In this document: piece by piece, positions 41,054 to 52,106 of the stretch
How the letters are laid out: each line of letters opens with the position of its first letter
Numbering within the stretch: the first letter of the stretch is position 1
Assembly (NCBI GenBank): GCA_963817895.1
Contig: CAWFQB010000014.1
Span: forward strand, 448,001-512,000
Direction of reading: 5' to 3'
DNA: 64,000 nt
DNA from: an uncultured Chthonomonadaceae bacterium
GTDB taxonomy: Bacteria; Armatimonadota; Chthonomonadetes; Chthonomonadales; Chthonomonadaceae
The notes under the pieces: generated by a model
Database searches by the model: none
What the model saw: the letters and a program-made list of their open reading frames with translations, nothing else
What the model was told of the DNA's origin: nothing
Position numbers and translations under genes: made by a program

Positions 41054-42303
41054 AACCTACTCTTCCCACCTTCAACCCCCTTCCGCAGGCTATTGCATAC
41101 GCCCGAAGTGGACGCCGCGCACATCATGCAGACCGACAGCGAGTATGTGCTTGGCACGTATGCGCGTCAGCCGATTGTGTTTGTGCGCGGCGAGGGCGCG
41201 CGTTTGTGGGACAGCGAGGGGCGCGAGTATCTGGACTTTCTGGCGGGGATTGCCGTTGTGCAGGTGGGGCATTGCCATCCGCGCATTGCCGCACGCCATC
41301 GCAAATCAGGCGCAAACGCTGATGCAGGTCAGCAACCTGTACCACAACGCGCTGCAGGCCCCGCTTGCCAAACGCTTGTGCGAACTCGCGGGCATGGAAA
41401 AGGCGTTCTTCTGCAATTCCGGCGCGGAAGCGAACGAGGCCGCGCTGAAAATCGCCCGCAAATGGGGCAAAGCAGAAACGCGGCAGCGACTGCTTTGAGA
41501 TCATCACGTTTCAGGGTTCGTTTCACGGGCGCACGATGGGAACCGTGACCGCAACCGCGCAGCCCAAATACCAGACGCCATTCGCGCCGCTTGTGCCCGG
41601 CTTCCACTACGCGCCCCTCAACAACCTTCACGCGCTCGACGACCTTATCAGCGAAAAGACCTGCGCCGTAATGATTGAGCCGATACAGGGCGAGTCCGGC
41701 GTCAATGTCGCGTCCCCGGATTTTCTCAATGGCATCCGCGCCCTGTGCGACGAGGCCGAAGTGCTGCTTATCTTAGACGAAGTGCAGTGCGGCATGGGGC
41801 GAACGGGACGCTTCCTGGCCAGCCAGCTCGCGGGCGTTCAGGGCGATATTGTCACGCTTGCCAAAGGCATAGCCGACGGCTTTCCGATGGGCGCGTGTTT
41901 GACGCGGGGCGAAGCCGCGCATACGCTTGTTCCCGGCGATCACGGCAGCACGTTCGCGGGCCAGCCGCTCGCCTGCGCCGCCGCCCTCGCCACCTTAGAC
42001 GTTTTGGAAGACGAGAACCTGATGCAGCGCGCCGAGCAGACCGGGCAGTATTTCCGCAACGCCTTGAACCAACTTCGCGCCGATTTCCCCGCCCGCATCA
42101 CCGAGGTGCGCGGACACGGTCTGATGGTGGGCGTCCAGTTCGCGCAGCCGGAAGCGAAGACTTTGTATCAAGGTTTACTCAAGGCGGGCATCATCGCCAA
42201 CGCGACCGGCGACTTTGTTTTGCGCTTCGTTCCCCCGCTCATCGTCACAAACGACGACTGTGACCGCGTTGTAGACACGTTGCGCGACTTGCTGCAAGCG
42301 TAG
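41037..42303 (+). CDS. argD: Acetylornithine aminotransferase (frameshifted)
   Basis: YLDFLAGIAV..VGHCHP, FCNSGAEANEAA, EPIQGESG, DEVQCGMGRTG, TLAKG, HGSTFAG. Confidence 0.95.
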
Positions 42304-42326
42304 CCAGTTTGTGGAGGAGATTTTCC

Positions 42327-43097
42327 ATGACAACCACCCTTGAAAAACCGATTGTTCAACAGCCGACTGTGGAGACTTCGCAAACTGAATCGCCCTTACC
42401 TGAAACGTTGCTGTCTGACCCGTTGCGCTTTGAGGAGCCGAGGCGCCGATTATGGACTCGCGCCGATTACCATAAGGCAGGCGAACTCGGCTTTTTCGGC
42501 ATGGAGGAACGACTGGAACTAATCAATGGGGAGGTGTGGAAAAAAATGAGTCCACAAGGAGCGCCACATGCTTTCGGCGTCGGGGTGGTCGCCGAAGTAT
42601 TACGCGGAGCATTTCCAGCAGGTTTCCACATCCGTGAGGAAAAGCCGCTTGTTTTAACGGACCTGACGGAACCGATTCCGGATGTTATGGCGGTTCGAGG
42701 AACGCTGCGCCAAAATCCCGGATTTGCAACTTCCGCTAATGCGGTACTTGTTGTAGAAATATCGGCGTCATCGCTCAAATTCGATCAAAATTACAAAGCC
42801 GAAGCGTATGCCCGGTCTGGAATCCCCGACTATTGGGTGCTGAACCAACGCGCCCGCCAGTTGGAAGTGCGCCGCGAGCCGGGACTGCTTGGCGATGGAC
42901 AATGGGGCTACCGTTCCCTGCAAATAGTGCTTGCGGATGGGCAAATTTCCCCGCTTGCCGCGCCACAAATTGTCATCAAAGTTGTCGATCTGCTGCCTAC
43001 CCTGTCGCAAACTTCCTCGGAGGCAACATCAGACGACAGCGCAGCAAACACAGCCGATTTACAGCCCAATGTGTCAGACCCTCCGCAGAATGATTGA
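42327..43097 (+). CDS. Uma2 family endonuclease
   Basis: ELINGEV..MSP...H, PIPDV, LVVEISASS...D...K...YARSGIPDYWV. Confidence 0.9.
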   Translation: MTTTLEKPIVQQPTVETSQTESPLPETLLSDPLRFEEPRRRLWTRADYHKAGELGFFGMEERLELINGEVWKKMSPQGAPHAFGVGVVAEVLRGAFPAGFHIREEKPLVLTDLTEPIPDVMAVRGTLRQNPGFATSANAVLVVEISASSLKFDQNYKAEAYARSGIPDYWVLNQRARQLEVRREPGLLGDGQWGYRSLQIVLADGQISPLAAPQIVIKVVDLLPTLSQTSSEATSDDSAANTADLQPNVSDPPQND

Positions 43098-43108
43098 GAT
43101 AAAATCGC

Positions 43109-44090
43109 ATGGACGCCAACCAACTCCGACAATTAATTGAAGATAACGCCCACTCGTGGCGCAAGAAATCCGTTATCAGCCTGTTCGACTTTTCAACCGA
43201 ACAGATACGCGCCGCGCTCGACGTTGCGGCGGGGCTGAAACAGTACGACCTTGCCCGTGAGCGCAGCCTGTACTGGCAGTATCCGCGCACTCTCGCGCTG
43301 CTGTTTGAAAAACCCTCCCTGCGCACAAGGGTCAGTTTCGAGGCGGGCATGGCGCACCTGCACGGACAGGCCATTTACCTTGCGCCCGGTGACGTGGGAT
43401 TGGGAGCGAGGGAACCGGTTGCCGATGTGGCGGGCGCTCTCTCGCGGTGGGTAGACATCATCGCCGCCCGCGTGTTCAAGCACGAAACCGTTGAGGAACT
43501 GGCGCAGCATGGCACGATTCCCGTCATCAACGCGCTCAGTGACCGCGAACATCCCATACAGGCGTTTGCCGACCTGCTCACGCTTGCAGGAGCAGAAGGG
43601 GCCGCTCGGCAACAACCTGAAACTGGCGTATGTGGGCGACGGCAACAATGTTTTACACGCCCTTTTGCTCGCCTGCGCCAAAATGGGGGTAAACTTAAGC
43701 GCGGCCTGCCCTGCCGGTTACGAGCCGTCCGGCAATTATGTGCAGGAAGCCACCCGCATCGCGCAACAGACGGGCGCAAGCGTTGAGATTGTTGCCGACC
43801 CTGTTCAGGCTGTTCAAAACGCCGACGCCGTGTATACCGACGTGTGGGCCAGCATGGGACAGGAAGACGAAAAAGCTGCCCGGATGCAGATTTTCGCGCC
43901 CTACCAGATCAATACAACCCTGCTTTCCCACGCCAAACCGGATGTATCCGTTTTGCATTGCCTGCCCGCGCATCGCGGCGAAGAGGTTTCCGCCGATGTC
44001 ATGGACGCGCACAACACGGTTATTATGAATCAGGCGGAAAACCGGCTGCACACGCAGAAGGCGTTGCTGACGTTAATCTTAGGATTGTAA
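43109..44090 (+). CDS. argF: Ornithine carbamoyltransferase (frameshifted)
   Basis: FEKPSLRTRVSF, HPIQAFAD, YVGDGNN, YTDVWASMG, HCLPAHRGEE, QAENRLH. Confidence 0.95.
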
Positions 44091-44202
44091 GTAACTATTC
44101 AGCCCTATCTCGAAACTGATTTGAATAGTTCCCCTCTCCCAAACTTGGGAGAGGGGCTAGGGGTGAGGGCCTGAATAGTTACGATTGTAATAAGGAGTTT
44201 TC

Positions 44203-45529
44203 ATGCGTAAGATTGTCCTCGTATATTCGGGCGGGCTGGATACGTCCGTGTGTATTCCGCTGATGAAGGAAGAGTATGGCTTCGACCATGTGATTACGGT
44301 CACGGTAGACGTGGGGCAGGCGCGGGAAGACATCGCGCAGGCCGAGGAACGCGCCCGCCGCTTTGGAACCGAACACTATACGGTTGACGCCCGCGCTCTG
44401 TTCGTGGAGCATTTCTGCTGGCCTGCCGTCAAAGCGAACGGCGATTATCAGGGCTATCCGATTTCAACGTCTATCGCTCGCCCGCTCATCGCCCTGAAAG
44501 CCGTCGAAAAAGCGCAGGAGTTGGGCGCGACCGCGTTCGGGCATGGCTGCACCGGCAAGGGCAACGATCAATTCCGCATCGAATACATCATGCGGACGCT
44601 GATGCCGGATGTCGAAATCATCGCGCCCATGCGCGAAGGCCGCAAAATGCCGGATGGCAGCCGATCTCCCTGGACCCGCAGCGAAGAGATCGAATACGCT
44701 AACGAACACGGACTGGACATTTCACAAACCACAAGCAAAATCTGGAGCATTGACGAAAACCTGTGGGGGCGCAGCGTGGAGGGCGGGCGATTGGAAGAGC
44801 CGAATTATGCGCCCCCGGAAGAGATTTACCAGTGGACACGCGGCCTTAAAGACTGCCCGGACGAGGCGCGGGAACTCACCATAGGCTTTGAAAACGGCGT
44901 ACCCGTCGCGCTGGACGGCAAAAAGTACGCTCCCTTCGATCTGGTCGTGGAACTCAATAAAATCGCGGGCGAAAACGGCGTCGGGCGCGTGGACATCATG
45001 GAAGACCGGATGCTCGGCCTGAAAGTGCGCGAAAATTACGAGTGTCCCGCCGCCGTCGTGATTCTGGCCGCGCACCGCGCGCTCGAAGCCCTCGTATGCA
45101 CCCAATCGGAACTGAAGTTCAAGAAATCGGTAGACGCGGAATGGGGCGAAATGGCCTATAAGGGGCTGTGGTTCGACCCGCTGAAGGAAGACTTGGAAGC
45201 GTTCATCAACAAGGTACAGGAGCGCGTTACGGGAACCGTCAATCTGCGGCTGGCGAAGGGCAACGCCATCATCGTCGGGACGAGCGAGCGAATTGGCGCT
45301 GTACAACGAGGATTTAGCCAGTTTCGACAGCAAAACGTTCAATCAGGCCGATTCGCTCGGCATTGTCAAAAATTACGGGATGCAGTCCAAACTCTACTTC
45401 CAGTTGAAGTACCCGGCGGGAGCCTTGCTTGCCGGCAACATGGAACAAAAATTGCTCGGCAGCCAACCCACCGCCCATGAGCAGGCCGATGCGGGCGATG
45501 CGGGCGCGACGGGCGATTACAGCGGTTAA
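44203..45529 (+). CDS. argG: Argininosuccinate synthase (frameshift near 45285)
   Basis: YSGGLDTS, HGCTGKGNDQ, SIDENLWGRS, GVGRVD..EDR..GLKVRENYE. Confidence 0.96.
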
Positions 45530-45559
45530 AACGACAGCGCCGATAGCAGAAGGTTGAAC

Positions 45560-46161
45560 ATGAAACGTATCTTCTCGAGCATGGGACTGAAAGAGGCTAT
45601 GCTGTTGATACCGGCGGCGCGTCTGACACCCTGGACTATAGACGCGCCGCCCTACCTGCCGAGTGAACCTCTAGCAGGAGTGGCTGCGACGCCTGCGCGT
45701 TTTCAATCAGACCAATTCGGAAGCCGCTAAAATACTGCTGATTGACACTCTGTTTGCCGAAATCGTGCCCAATTACGCGCATCTGAAGCATTTGGAAGGC
45801 AGCAGCCCTGGAATCGGCGTCCCTGACCGGTGTTGCCGATTATATCATTGCCCCGGATTATGCCTATATCACCACGCCTCTTTTATGTGTCGCGGAAGCC
45901 AAACGCGATGATTTTGTACAGGGACAAGCGCAGTGCATTGCGGAAATGATTGCCTGCCGGGACAACAATCGGCAGGAGGGGCATGAAACGGATGTATACG
46001 GCATCGTCAGCAACGGGCAAACTTGGCAGTTCTACAAACTCACCACACGGCAGGAGTTGTTTGAAACTGACCTGTACGTTACCAGCGATTTACCCAAACT
46101 GCTTGGCGCGCTGGACTATGTATGTGGCGAGTGCGCCCAAAACATTCCTCCGGCAGCATGA
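45560..46161 (+). CDS. PD-(D/E)xK / HsdR-N-like hypothetical protein (frameshifted)
   Basis: TGVADYII...LCVAEAKRDDF.QG.AQC.AEM...YGIVSNGQTWQF. Confidence 0.65.
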
Positions 46162-46450
46162 ACCAATGGTCCGGTTGTTTGGGCATAGCAGCCGAGCCAA
46201 TAGCGGAAAAAGCCTGTAGCATTACGCTGCAAGCCGCCCGTTCCCGAACCCGGCAGCCTCGCCCTGCTTGCGGGAATTGCCGTCAGGGACTTCCGTTGAT
46301 TAAATTGTTCCACTGAGCGTCCGCGCAAAACTGATTTTAATCTTTTGCGCGGCTGTGATAACGAAGTCCGTCTGCGCGGACTGGAACAACTATTTGTCCG
46401 TAAGTCCCTTATTCCATGTTTGCGGAACATGTTAATATCCGAAAATTCCT

Positions 46451-46483
46451 AAAACCCCATTCTTTGCCGGGAATGGGGTTTTT
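46451..46483. terminator. Intrinsic terminator-like hairpin after the arg cluster
   Basis: aaaaccccattc-N8-gaatggggttttt. Confidence 0.65.
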
Positions 46484-46671
46484 GTTATGGTGTTCATGTC
46501 TTATTTAACAGGTAGCGGCAAACAGGTGGCAGTGGTATAATGATAGAAATTGACAGGATATTCACCTGTTATCATCAGACCTCTTTCAGAAATTTACAGT
46601 ATGAGACAGGCTGAACGTGGTTCACGAAACCTTATGAAAAAGGGCAATCGTATCCAACTACCGGCGGGGAA

Positions 46672-48405
46672 GTGACGCTTGCAGTCACTACCTCTGAACA
46701 CGAGAGGAGTTTTGCAGCCATGCCTCACCCCCGTTTACCTGCCATAATCCCGCAGCGTATGAACACAAATCGCCTGTCCGCGTGGGCGAAATTCCGGCGC
46801 GACGCGCGTCACCCGTCACGCGCAATGCCGTTCCGTCTGCTCTGCGCCCTGCTCCTGCTGACGTTTGCTGCCACCACTCAGGCCGCCAACATCAATGTTC
46901 CCGCCGACCAGAGTACCATTCAGGCAGGCATCAACGCCGCTGTGAATGGCGATGTCGTGATTGTCGCCGATGGAACCTACACCGGCGCGAACAACAAAAA
47001 CCTCGACTTCGGCGGCAAAAGCATCACCGTTCGCTCGGCAAGCAACAACCCGGCGCAGTGCGTCATTGACTGCCAACAGGCCGGAAACGGCTTCTACTTT
47101 CACACCCATGAGACGGCGGCGGCCACTGTCAGCGGCTTCACCATTCAGAACGGCTCCAGTCAGAACAGCACCTCGGGTTCAGGCGGCGGCGCGTACTGCG
47201 TAAATAGCAGCCCGACCTTCCAGCATTGCGTGTTCGCCAACAATACCGCGAGTTCCCTGGGCGGCGGACTGTTGTGCTTTTACGCCAATCCCACCGTGAC
47301 CTCCTGTGTCTTCCGCAACAACACGGCTAATTACGGCGGCGGCATGTACAACTATCAGAGCAATTCGGTGGTGACAAACTGCGTCTTCTACGGAAATACC
47401 GCCGCTTATAACGGCGGCGGCATGTACAACGATTCCACTGCCGCGCCCACCATAACTAACTGCACCATTTTTGGAAACTTCGCGAACGGCAGCGGAGTCG
47501 GAATGGTAAACAGCCCGGATAGCCCCGTGAAGGTGTACAATAGCATCATCGGCAACGGCGTCAACGGCAGTTTTGCTACTCTCAGCCATAGTGATGTGGC
47601 CGGTTATAACCTGGCGTCCACTCCCGACAACAACGGCAACTTCGACGCGGACCCGCTGTTTGTAAACTCCGCCAACGGCGACCTGCATCTTCAGGCCGGT
47701 TCGCCCTGCATAGATCGCGGTGACGATGCCGCGATTGCAGGCGTGACTACGGACCTAGACGGCAACCCCCGTATTGTCAACGCGCATGTAGACATCGGCG
47801 CTTACGAGTTACAGAACGTCGCGCCCATTCTGAACGCCATTCCAAACCAGAACGCGACGGCGGGCCAGACTTTCACATTCACCCCCACCCTGGCCCAAAA
47901 CAGCAATCATCCCCCGCTGACGTACTCGCTCGTGGGCGCGCCTACAGGCGTGGTCATCAACAACACTTCGGGACAGGTAAGCTGGACGCCCACCATTGCC
48001 GGCGTTTACACCTTCAGCATAAAAGTGACGGACACGGTCAACCTTTCGGACACCAAAACCATTCAGGTGACAGTGAATTCCGATCCAAATGGCACGGCGC
48101 GGGTGATTGTAACGGACATTGCGGCGCAGCGCGTCAGCGCCAATACGGTAACAGTCACGTTCACTCTGAGCGATTTGGGAACAGCGGCCCTGCAAAACGT
48201 GCGCGTGACGCGCGGCCTGCTTCGCTCGACGCAGGCGCAAACTCCGCTCCCCGGCCCGTTCGCGCTGGGCGCAGGCAATAGGCAGAGCGTGACCCTGACG
48301 TTCACGAGTACAAGCGCCATACCAGCGGGAACCACGCCATTCATCCTGAACGGTTCCTATATGGGCGGAACCTTCAGCACGGGACTGAATATCGCCGTGC
48401 CGTAG
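46672..48405 (+). CDS. Secreted beta-helix / choice-of-anchor-Q-like + Ig-like protein
   Basis: Signal peptide (MPFRLLCALLLLTFAATTQA; true start probably later than 46672), TIQAGINAA, NTA..GGG repeats, DLHLQAGSPCIDRG...DIGAYE, Ig-like repeat. Confidence 0.75.
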   Translation: MTLAVTTSEHERSFAAMPHPRLPAIIPQRMNTNRLSAWAKFRRDARHPSRAMPFRLLCALLLLTFAATTQAANINVPADQSTIQAGINAAVNGDVVIVADGTYTGANNKNLDFGGKSITVRSASNNPAQCVIDCQQAGNGFYFHTHETAAATVSGFTIQNGSSQNSTSGSGGGAYCVNSSPTFQHCVFANNTASSLGGGLLCFYANPTVTSCVFRNNTANYGGGMYNYQSNSVVTNCVFYGNTAAYNGGGMYNDSTAAPTITNCTIFGNFANGSGVGMVNSPDSPVKVYNSIIGNGVNGSFATLSHSDVAGYNLASTPDNNGNFDADPLFVNSANGDLHLQAGSPCIDRGDDAAIAGVTTDLDGNPRIVNAHVDIGAYELQNVAPILNAIPNQNATAGQTFTFTPTLAQNSNHPPLTYSLVGAPTGVVINNTSGQVSWTPTIAGVYTFSIKVTDTVNLSDTKTIQVTVNSDPNGTARVIVTDIAAQRVSANTVTVTFTLSDLGTAALQNVRVTRGLLRSTQAQTPLPGPFALGAGNRQSVTLTFTSTSAIPAGTTPFILNGSYMGGTFSTGLNIAVP

Positions 48406-48607
48406 CGAATTCGGTTTGCAGTTTGTGACGAATACCGATGGAATTTCTGCCCGATGGCGCAACTTACATATAAACGCGCCATTCGGCAGAAATTCTGTGT
48501 TAAAATAATCTTTTCCATGAGCGCGAAACGGAGTCAGCAGTACCTATCGCCATTGCTCGGATAAAGCAGTTTCTTGAATCAAGTCGCCTGGCCTGAAAGG
48601 AACGTCC

Positions 48608-49213
48608 TTGCGTACTCAATTTCGTGTGTCTCGCCTCCTCTTGTCGCGCAGTTTCCTGTGCCTGTTTGTTTGCTGCCTGCTGCTGCGGGGCGGGACGGAG
48701 CGGGCGCAGGCGTCCGACATCAGAATCGTGTTTATGCCCGACACCAATACCGTGATGCAGGGGGATACCAATCCCATCAACTACACCGCCCTGTTCAGCA
48801 ACAATACCGCCACGGACCTGCTCATCACGGACGTCTCCGCAAATTCTATGGATCCCAACGTCGGCTTCAGTTACGGCTTTTTCAACGGCATAAACGGCAA
48901 TCCGTTTGAACTGACCGCCGGTCAACAAAATTTGCTGGTTCCAAACGTGATTTCCCTTAATCTTGATTCCACCGTTCCCGTGGGAACGTATACTTTTGAC
49001 GCTACCTTTACCGGGCGCAATTTCAGTGGAGGCAGTGAACGCGATCTGGGTACAGGAACGCTGCATGTCAATGTTCAGGCGGCGGGATCGCCCACGCCGG
49101 AATTCGGGTCCGTGTGGACATTAGGCGGACTGCTGCTGGCGGGCGGCATCGGCGCGTGGCGTCAGCATCGCCGCCGCCCGACAATATCCCGCGAGGCTCC
49201 CCATGCCGCCTGA
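48608..49213 (+). CDS. PEP-CTERM-like exosortase substrate (TPEFG variant)
   Basis: N-terminal signal; C-terminal SPTPEFGS + TM helix + WRQHRRR; directly upstream of exosortase. Confidence 0.8.
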   Translation: MRTQFRVSRLLLSRSFLCLFVCCLLLRGGTERAQASDIRIVFMPDTNTVMQGDTNPINYTALFSNNTATDLLITDVSANSMDPNVGFSYGFFNGINGNPFELTAGQQNLLVPNVISLNLDSTVPVGTYTFDATFTGRNFSGGSERDLGTGTLHVNVQAAGSPTPEFGSVWTLGGLLLAGGIGAWRQHRRRPTISREAPHAA

Positions 49214-50111
49214 ACCGGCGACGGCTGCTCCAACATCGGCTACAGTGGATACAGAGCAAATCGCTCCGGCCACGCGCTCCCTGACGGCGGAGTGGCTGTT
49301 TGGCGCGCTGCTGCTTTTGCTGTATCTTCCTGTCGTGGTTCAAACCGGGCGACGGTGGTTCATGGCCGAGCAGTACGCGCACGGCATTTTTATCTTCCCC
49401 ATCGTTGGCGGCCTGTTGTGGCTGAAGCGCGACGCCATCCGCAATGCGTCCCGGCAGCCGAGCGCGTGGGGACTGCTGCCGCTTACAATGGGGCTGTTGG
49501 CGCAGACGGTCGGGCATTTACTGAAATTCGAGTTTCTGGCGATGCTGTCCCTCCTGCCCACCCTCGCGGGCGGCATCCTGCTGCTCCATGGCCCGCATTT
49601 ATGGCGCGTTGCGCGCTTTCCGGTCCTGTTTCTGGGCTTCGCCGCCAATCTGCCCATGCCGGTTCTAAACGGGCTAAGTCATGCCACGCAAAGCCTGAGC
49701 GCGACCGGCGCGGCAGCGATTATGAAATCTCTCGGCTTTGTCATCGCGCGGCAGGGCAACGCGCTGCATGTGCCCGGCATGACGCTGGAAGTGGCGGACG
49801 TGTGCAGCGGCTTCCGTAAACTGACCGCCCTTATCGTATTCGCCGTGCTGTACGGCTATCTGTATCCTATCGGCAGCCTGCGCCGACTGGGTCTGGTTCT
49901 GCTCATTGCGCCCATCGCCCTCCTCGCCAACATTGCCCGTTTGTGCGTTTTGGTTGCCGCCGCGACGTGGGGCGGGGCGCGGTGGGAAAGCGGGCTGCAC
50001 GGCCCTGCCGAATTGGCTGTCCTCGTCCTGGCGTTCGGGCTGATGGTGGCGACGGGAAGGAGAATGGGATGCGTTCGACCCCGATTTGCGCGCGACTCGG
50101 CCTGCTCCTGA
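49203..50111 (+). CDS. Exosortase (EpsH family)
   Basis: YAHG; catalytic EVADVCSG, NIAR and LH motifs; multiple TM helices. Confidence 0.92.
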   Translation: MPPEPATAAPTSATVDTEQIAPATRSLTAEWLFGALLLLLYLPVVVQTGRRWFMAEQYAHGIFIFPIVGGLLWLKRDAIRNASRQPSAWGLLPLTMGLLAQTVGHLLKFEFLAMLSLLPTLAGGILLLHGPHLWRVARFPVLFLGFAANLPMPVLNGLSHATQSLSATGAAAIMKSLGFVIARQGNALHVPGMTLEVADVCSGFRKLTALIVFAVLYGYLYPIGSLRRLGLVLLIAPIALLANIARLCVLVAAATWGGARWESGLHGPAELAVLVLAFGLMVATGRRMGCVRPRFARDSACS

Positions 50112-50677
50112 TGCTGCTTGCGCTTGCCGCCAATCTGCTCACGCCTACGGGCGCGGCGCGGCGTCTGCCCCGCCCGGACGCCAGTGCCTTTCCCCGTCAC
50201 GCAGGCAAATGGCGCAGCGTTTCCGACCGTCCTATCCCCGAACTTACCGTGAAATCATTGCCGACCGCGACCCTGATTAACCGCATTTATGCCAACGCGC
50301 AGGGCGAGGCTGTGGAATTCACGCTGGTTTCCGCGGCCCGCGCCGAGGACGCCCACGACCCCGAAGCCTGCCTGCCCGGATGGGGCTGGACGCTGGAAAA
50401 TGCCCACTCTCTGACGCTCGACGGGCAGGTGATGCGTTCCGCCCATGCGCGGCAAAACGGGCAGGAGATGGATGTCCTTTTCTGGTGGGATGTGCCAAAC
50501 GCCCCTGCCACCCATTGGCTTTCGCGCCTGCAAGAGCTGCGCATTGAAACGCAGGGGCGCGGCTCGATCCTTGTCCGCCTGACCACTCCCGCCACTCCTC
50601 ACAGCGAAGCCTCCCTCCGCGCCTTCGCCCGCCAACTGCTTCCCGCCCTTGTCGTCTGGAAGCATGTGGGGAAATAA
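50069..50677 (+). CDS. Exosortase-associated EpsI family protein
   Basis: FPRHAGKW...RIY...HDPEACLPGWGW; overlaps the exosortase end. Confidence 0.8.
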   Translation: MRSTPICARLGLLLMLLALAANLLTPTGAARRLPRPDASAFPRHAGKWRSVSDRPIPELTVKSLPTATLINRIYANAQGEAVEFTLVSAARAEDAHDPEACLPGWGWTLENAHSLTLDGQVMRSAHARQNGQEMDVLFWWDVPNAPATHWLSRLQELRIETQGRGSILVRLTTPATPHSEASLRAFARQLLPALVVWKHVGK

Positions 50678-50761
50678 AAAAGAAGATACGAGATACGAGA
50701 TACGAGTAGGAAAGGATCCATCCTTCATCCTTCATCCTTTGTTCAGGAACGGAACAAAATA

Positions 50762-51874
50762 ATGACATTTGATACCAATCAGCAAGATTTGAATATACAG
50801 GATGCGCTTCCCGGCGCGGTTACATCTCACTCATCCGACGCGGTAAGCGCTACGGACATGCTCAACGAGTATCTGCGCGAACCGTACCAGCAATTTGAGG
50901 TGTCACAGGATGTGCAGTCTTTACGTTTCCGTTTCCGTATGCCCGTCTGGTTGACAGTAACTTGCGCTTTCATACTGGGAGGGCTGATGGGCGTATTCGT
51001 GATGAAGCAGCGCCATGCGGCGGATAAAGTTGTCGTGACGGTCGGCAGTGAAACCATTCGCGCGCAGGATTTTTACAGCCGCCTGGAGGCCGCCGCCGGA
51101 CCGCAGGTACTGAAGCAGATGGTGGCAGAAACACTGACGCGCCAGTACGCGCAACAGCGCCATGCCTTGCCCACTCCCTCAGAAGTTCAGTCGCTGGCGG
51201 CGCAGATCAGCGCGCAGTCCGCCTTCGCTTCCTCCACGCAACATCCAATTACGCCGCAGGCCGCGCAGCAAATCGCCCAAACCGAAAGCCTTCAGGAGAA
51301 GTTGACAGCGCAGGGCGTTGAAGCCTCGGACTCGGAAACGCGCGCCTATTACCGATCACAAACCGACCCGCGCAATCCCAATGCCCGCTTTCTGCGTCCC
51401 AAATCTGTCCGCATAGCCGTGATTGTGACGCCCTCGGAAACGGAAGCGCGGGAGGCGGAAAAAGCGCTGGACGCGGGAACCCCCTTTGCCACTGTCGCGA
51501 AAACCTACAGCAAGGATCGCAGCGCGGCGCAGGGCGGTGAGATGCCTGCGTTTCAGCGCGGACGCACTCCCGCCCGACGGGTGCACGGTTTGGAAGATGT
51601 GATTTTTGGATTGAAACCGGGCCAGACAACGCGAGCGCAGAAAGTAGTGGGCGCGTGGTGGATTATGACCTGCCTGGAGAAAACGCCCGGAGAAACGCTT
51701 CCGTTCGCGCAGGCGCAGGCGCAATGCAGGCGGGAAGCGCGTCTGCTGAAAGCGCAGCGCGAACAGGGTGCGCGGGTGCAGGCGGATTTCGCGAAATTTC
51801 GCCGGAGTGTCCCCGTGCAGGTGTTCTGGGAACGCTACGCGGCTTCCGTCCAGGAGGAAGAAACAGGTTTGTGA
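50762..51874 (+). CDS. PpiC/parvulin-type peptidyl-prolyl isomerase (PrsA-like)
   Basis: TM helix, SurA-like N-domain, FATVAKTYSKDRSAAQGGEM. Confidence 0.8.
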   Translation: MTFDTNQQDLNIQDALPGAVTSHSSDAVSATDMLNEYLREPYQQFEVSQDVQSLRFRFRMPVWLTVTCAFILGGLMGVFVMKQRHAADKVVVTVGSETIRAQDFYSRLEAAAGPQVLKQMVAETLTRQYAQQRHALPTPSEVQSLAAQISAQSAFASSTQHPITPQAAQQIAQTESLQEKLTAQGVEASDSETRAYYRSQTDPRNPNARFLRPKSVRIAVIVTPSETEAREAEKALDAGTPFATVAKTYSKDRSAAQGGEMPAFQRGRTPARRVHGLEDVIFGLKPGQTTRAQKVVGAWWIMTCLEKTPGETLPFAQAQAQCRREARLLKAQREQGARVQADFAKFRRSVPVQVFWERYAASVQEEETGL

Positions 51875-52002
51875 CCCGCGCCGATACGCGAACAGCCTGC
51901 CGCTCCTTGTAGTTTAATGGCGCTGGCGCAGAAACACGTATTGCTGGCGTAAACAGGCGTTCCCGCCGCCCGCTATTTTCATCAGATTTACGGCCCCAGT
52001 TT

Positions 52003-52106
52003 GGAGCCTATCCCATTAGGCCGGGTACAAAGAACGTACCCGTCTGAGCGGCCTGCGGCCAAGCGTCCTTCGGACGCAAATGCAATCGCCTATTGGGATA
52101 GGCTCT
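52003..52106. mobile_element. MITE copy 2; provides the last codons and stop of the amidohydrolase
   Basis: gagcctatcccattagg ... cctattgggataggctct; homologous to 39017..39119. Confidence 0.8.
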
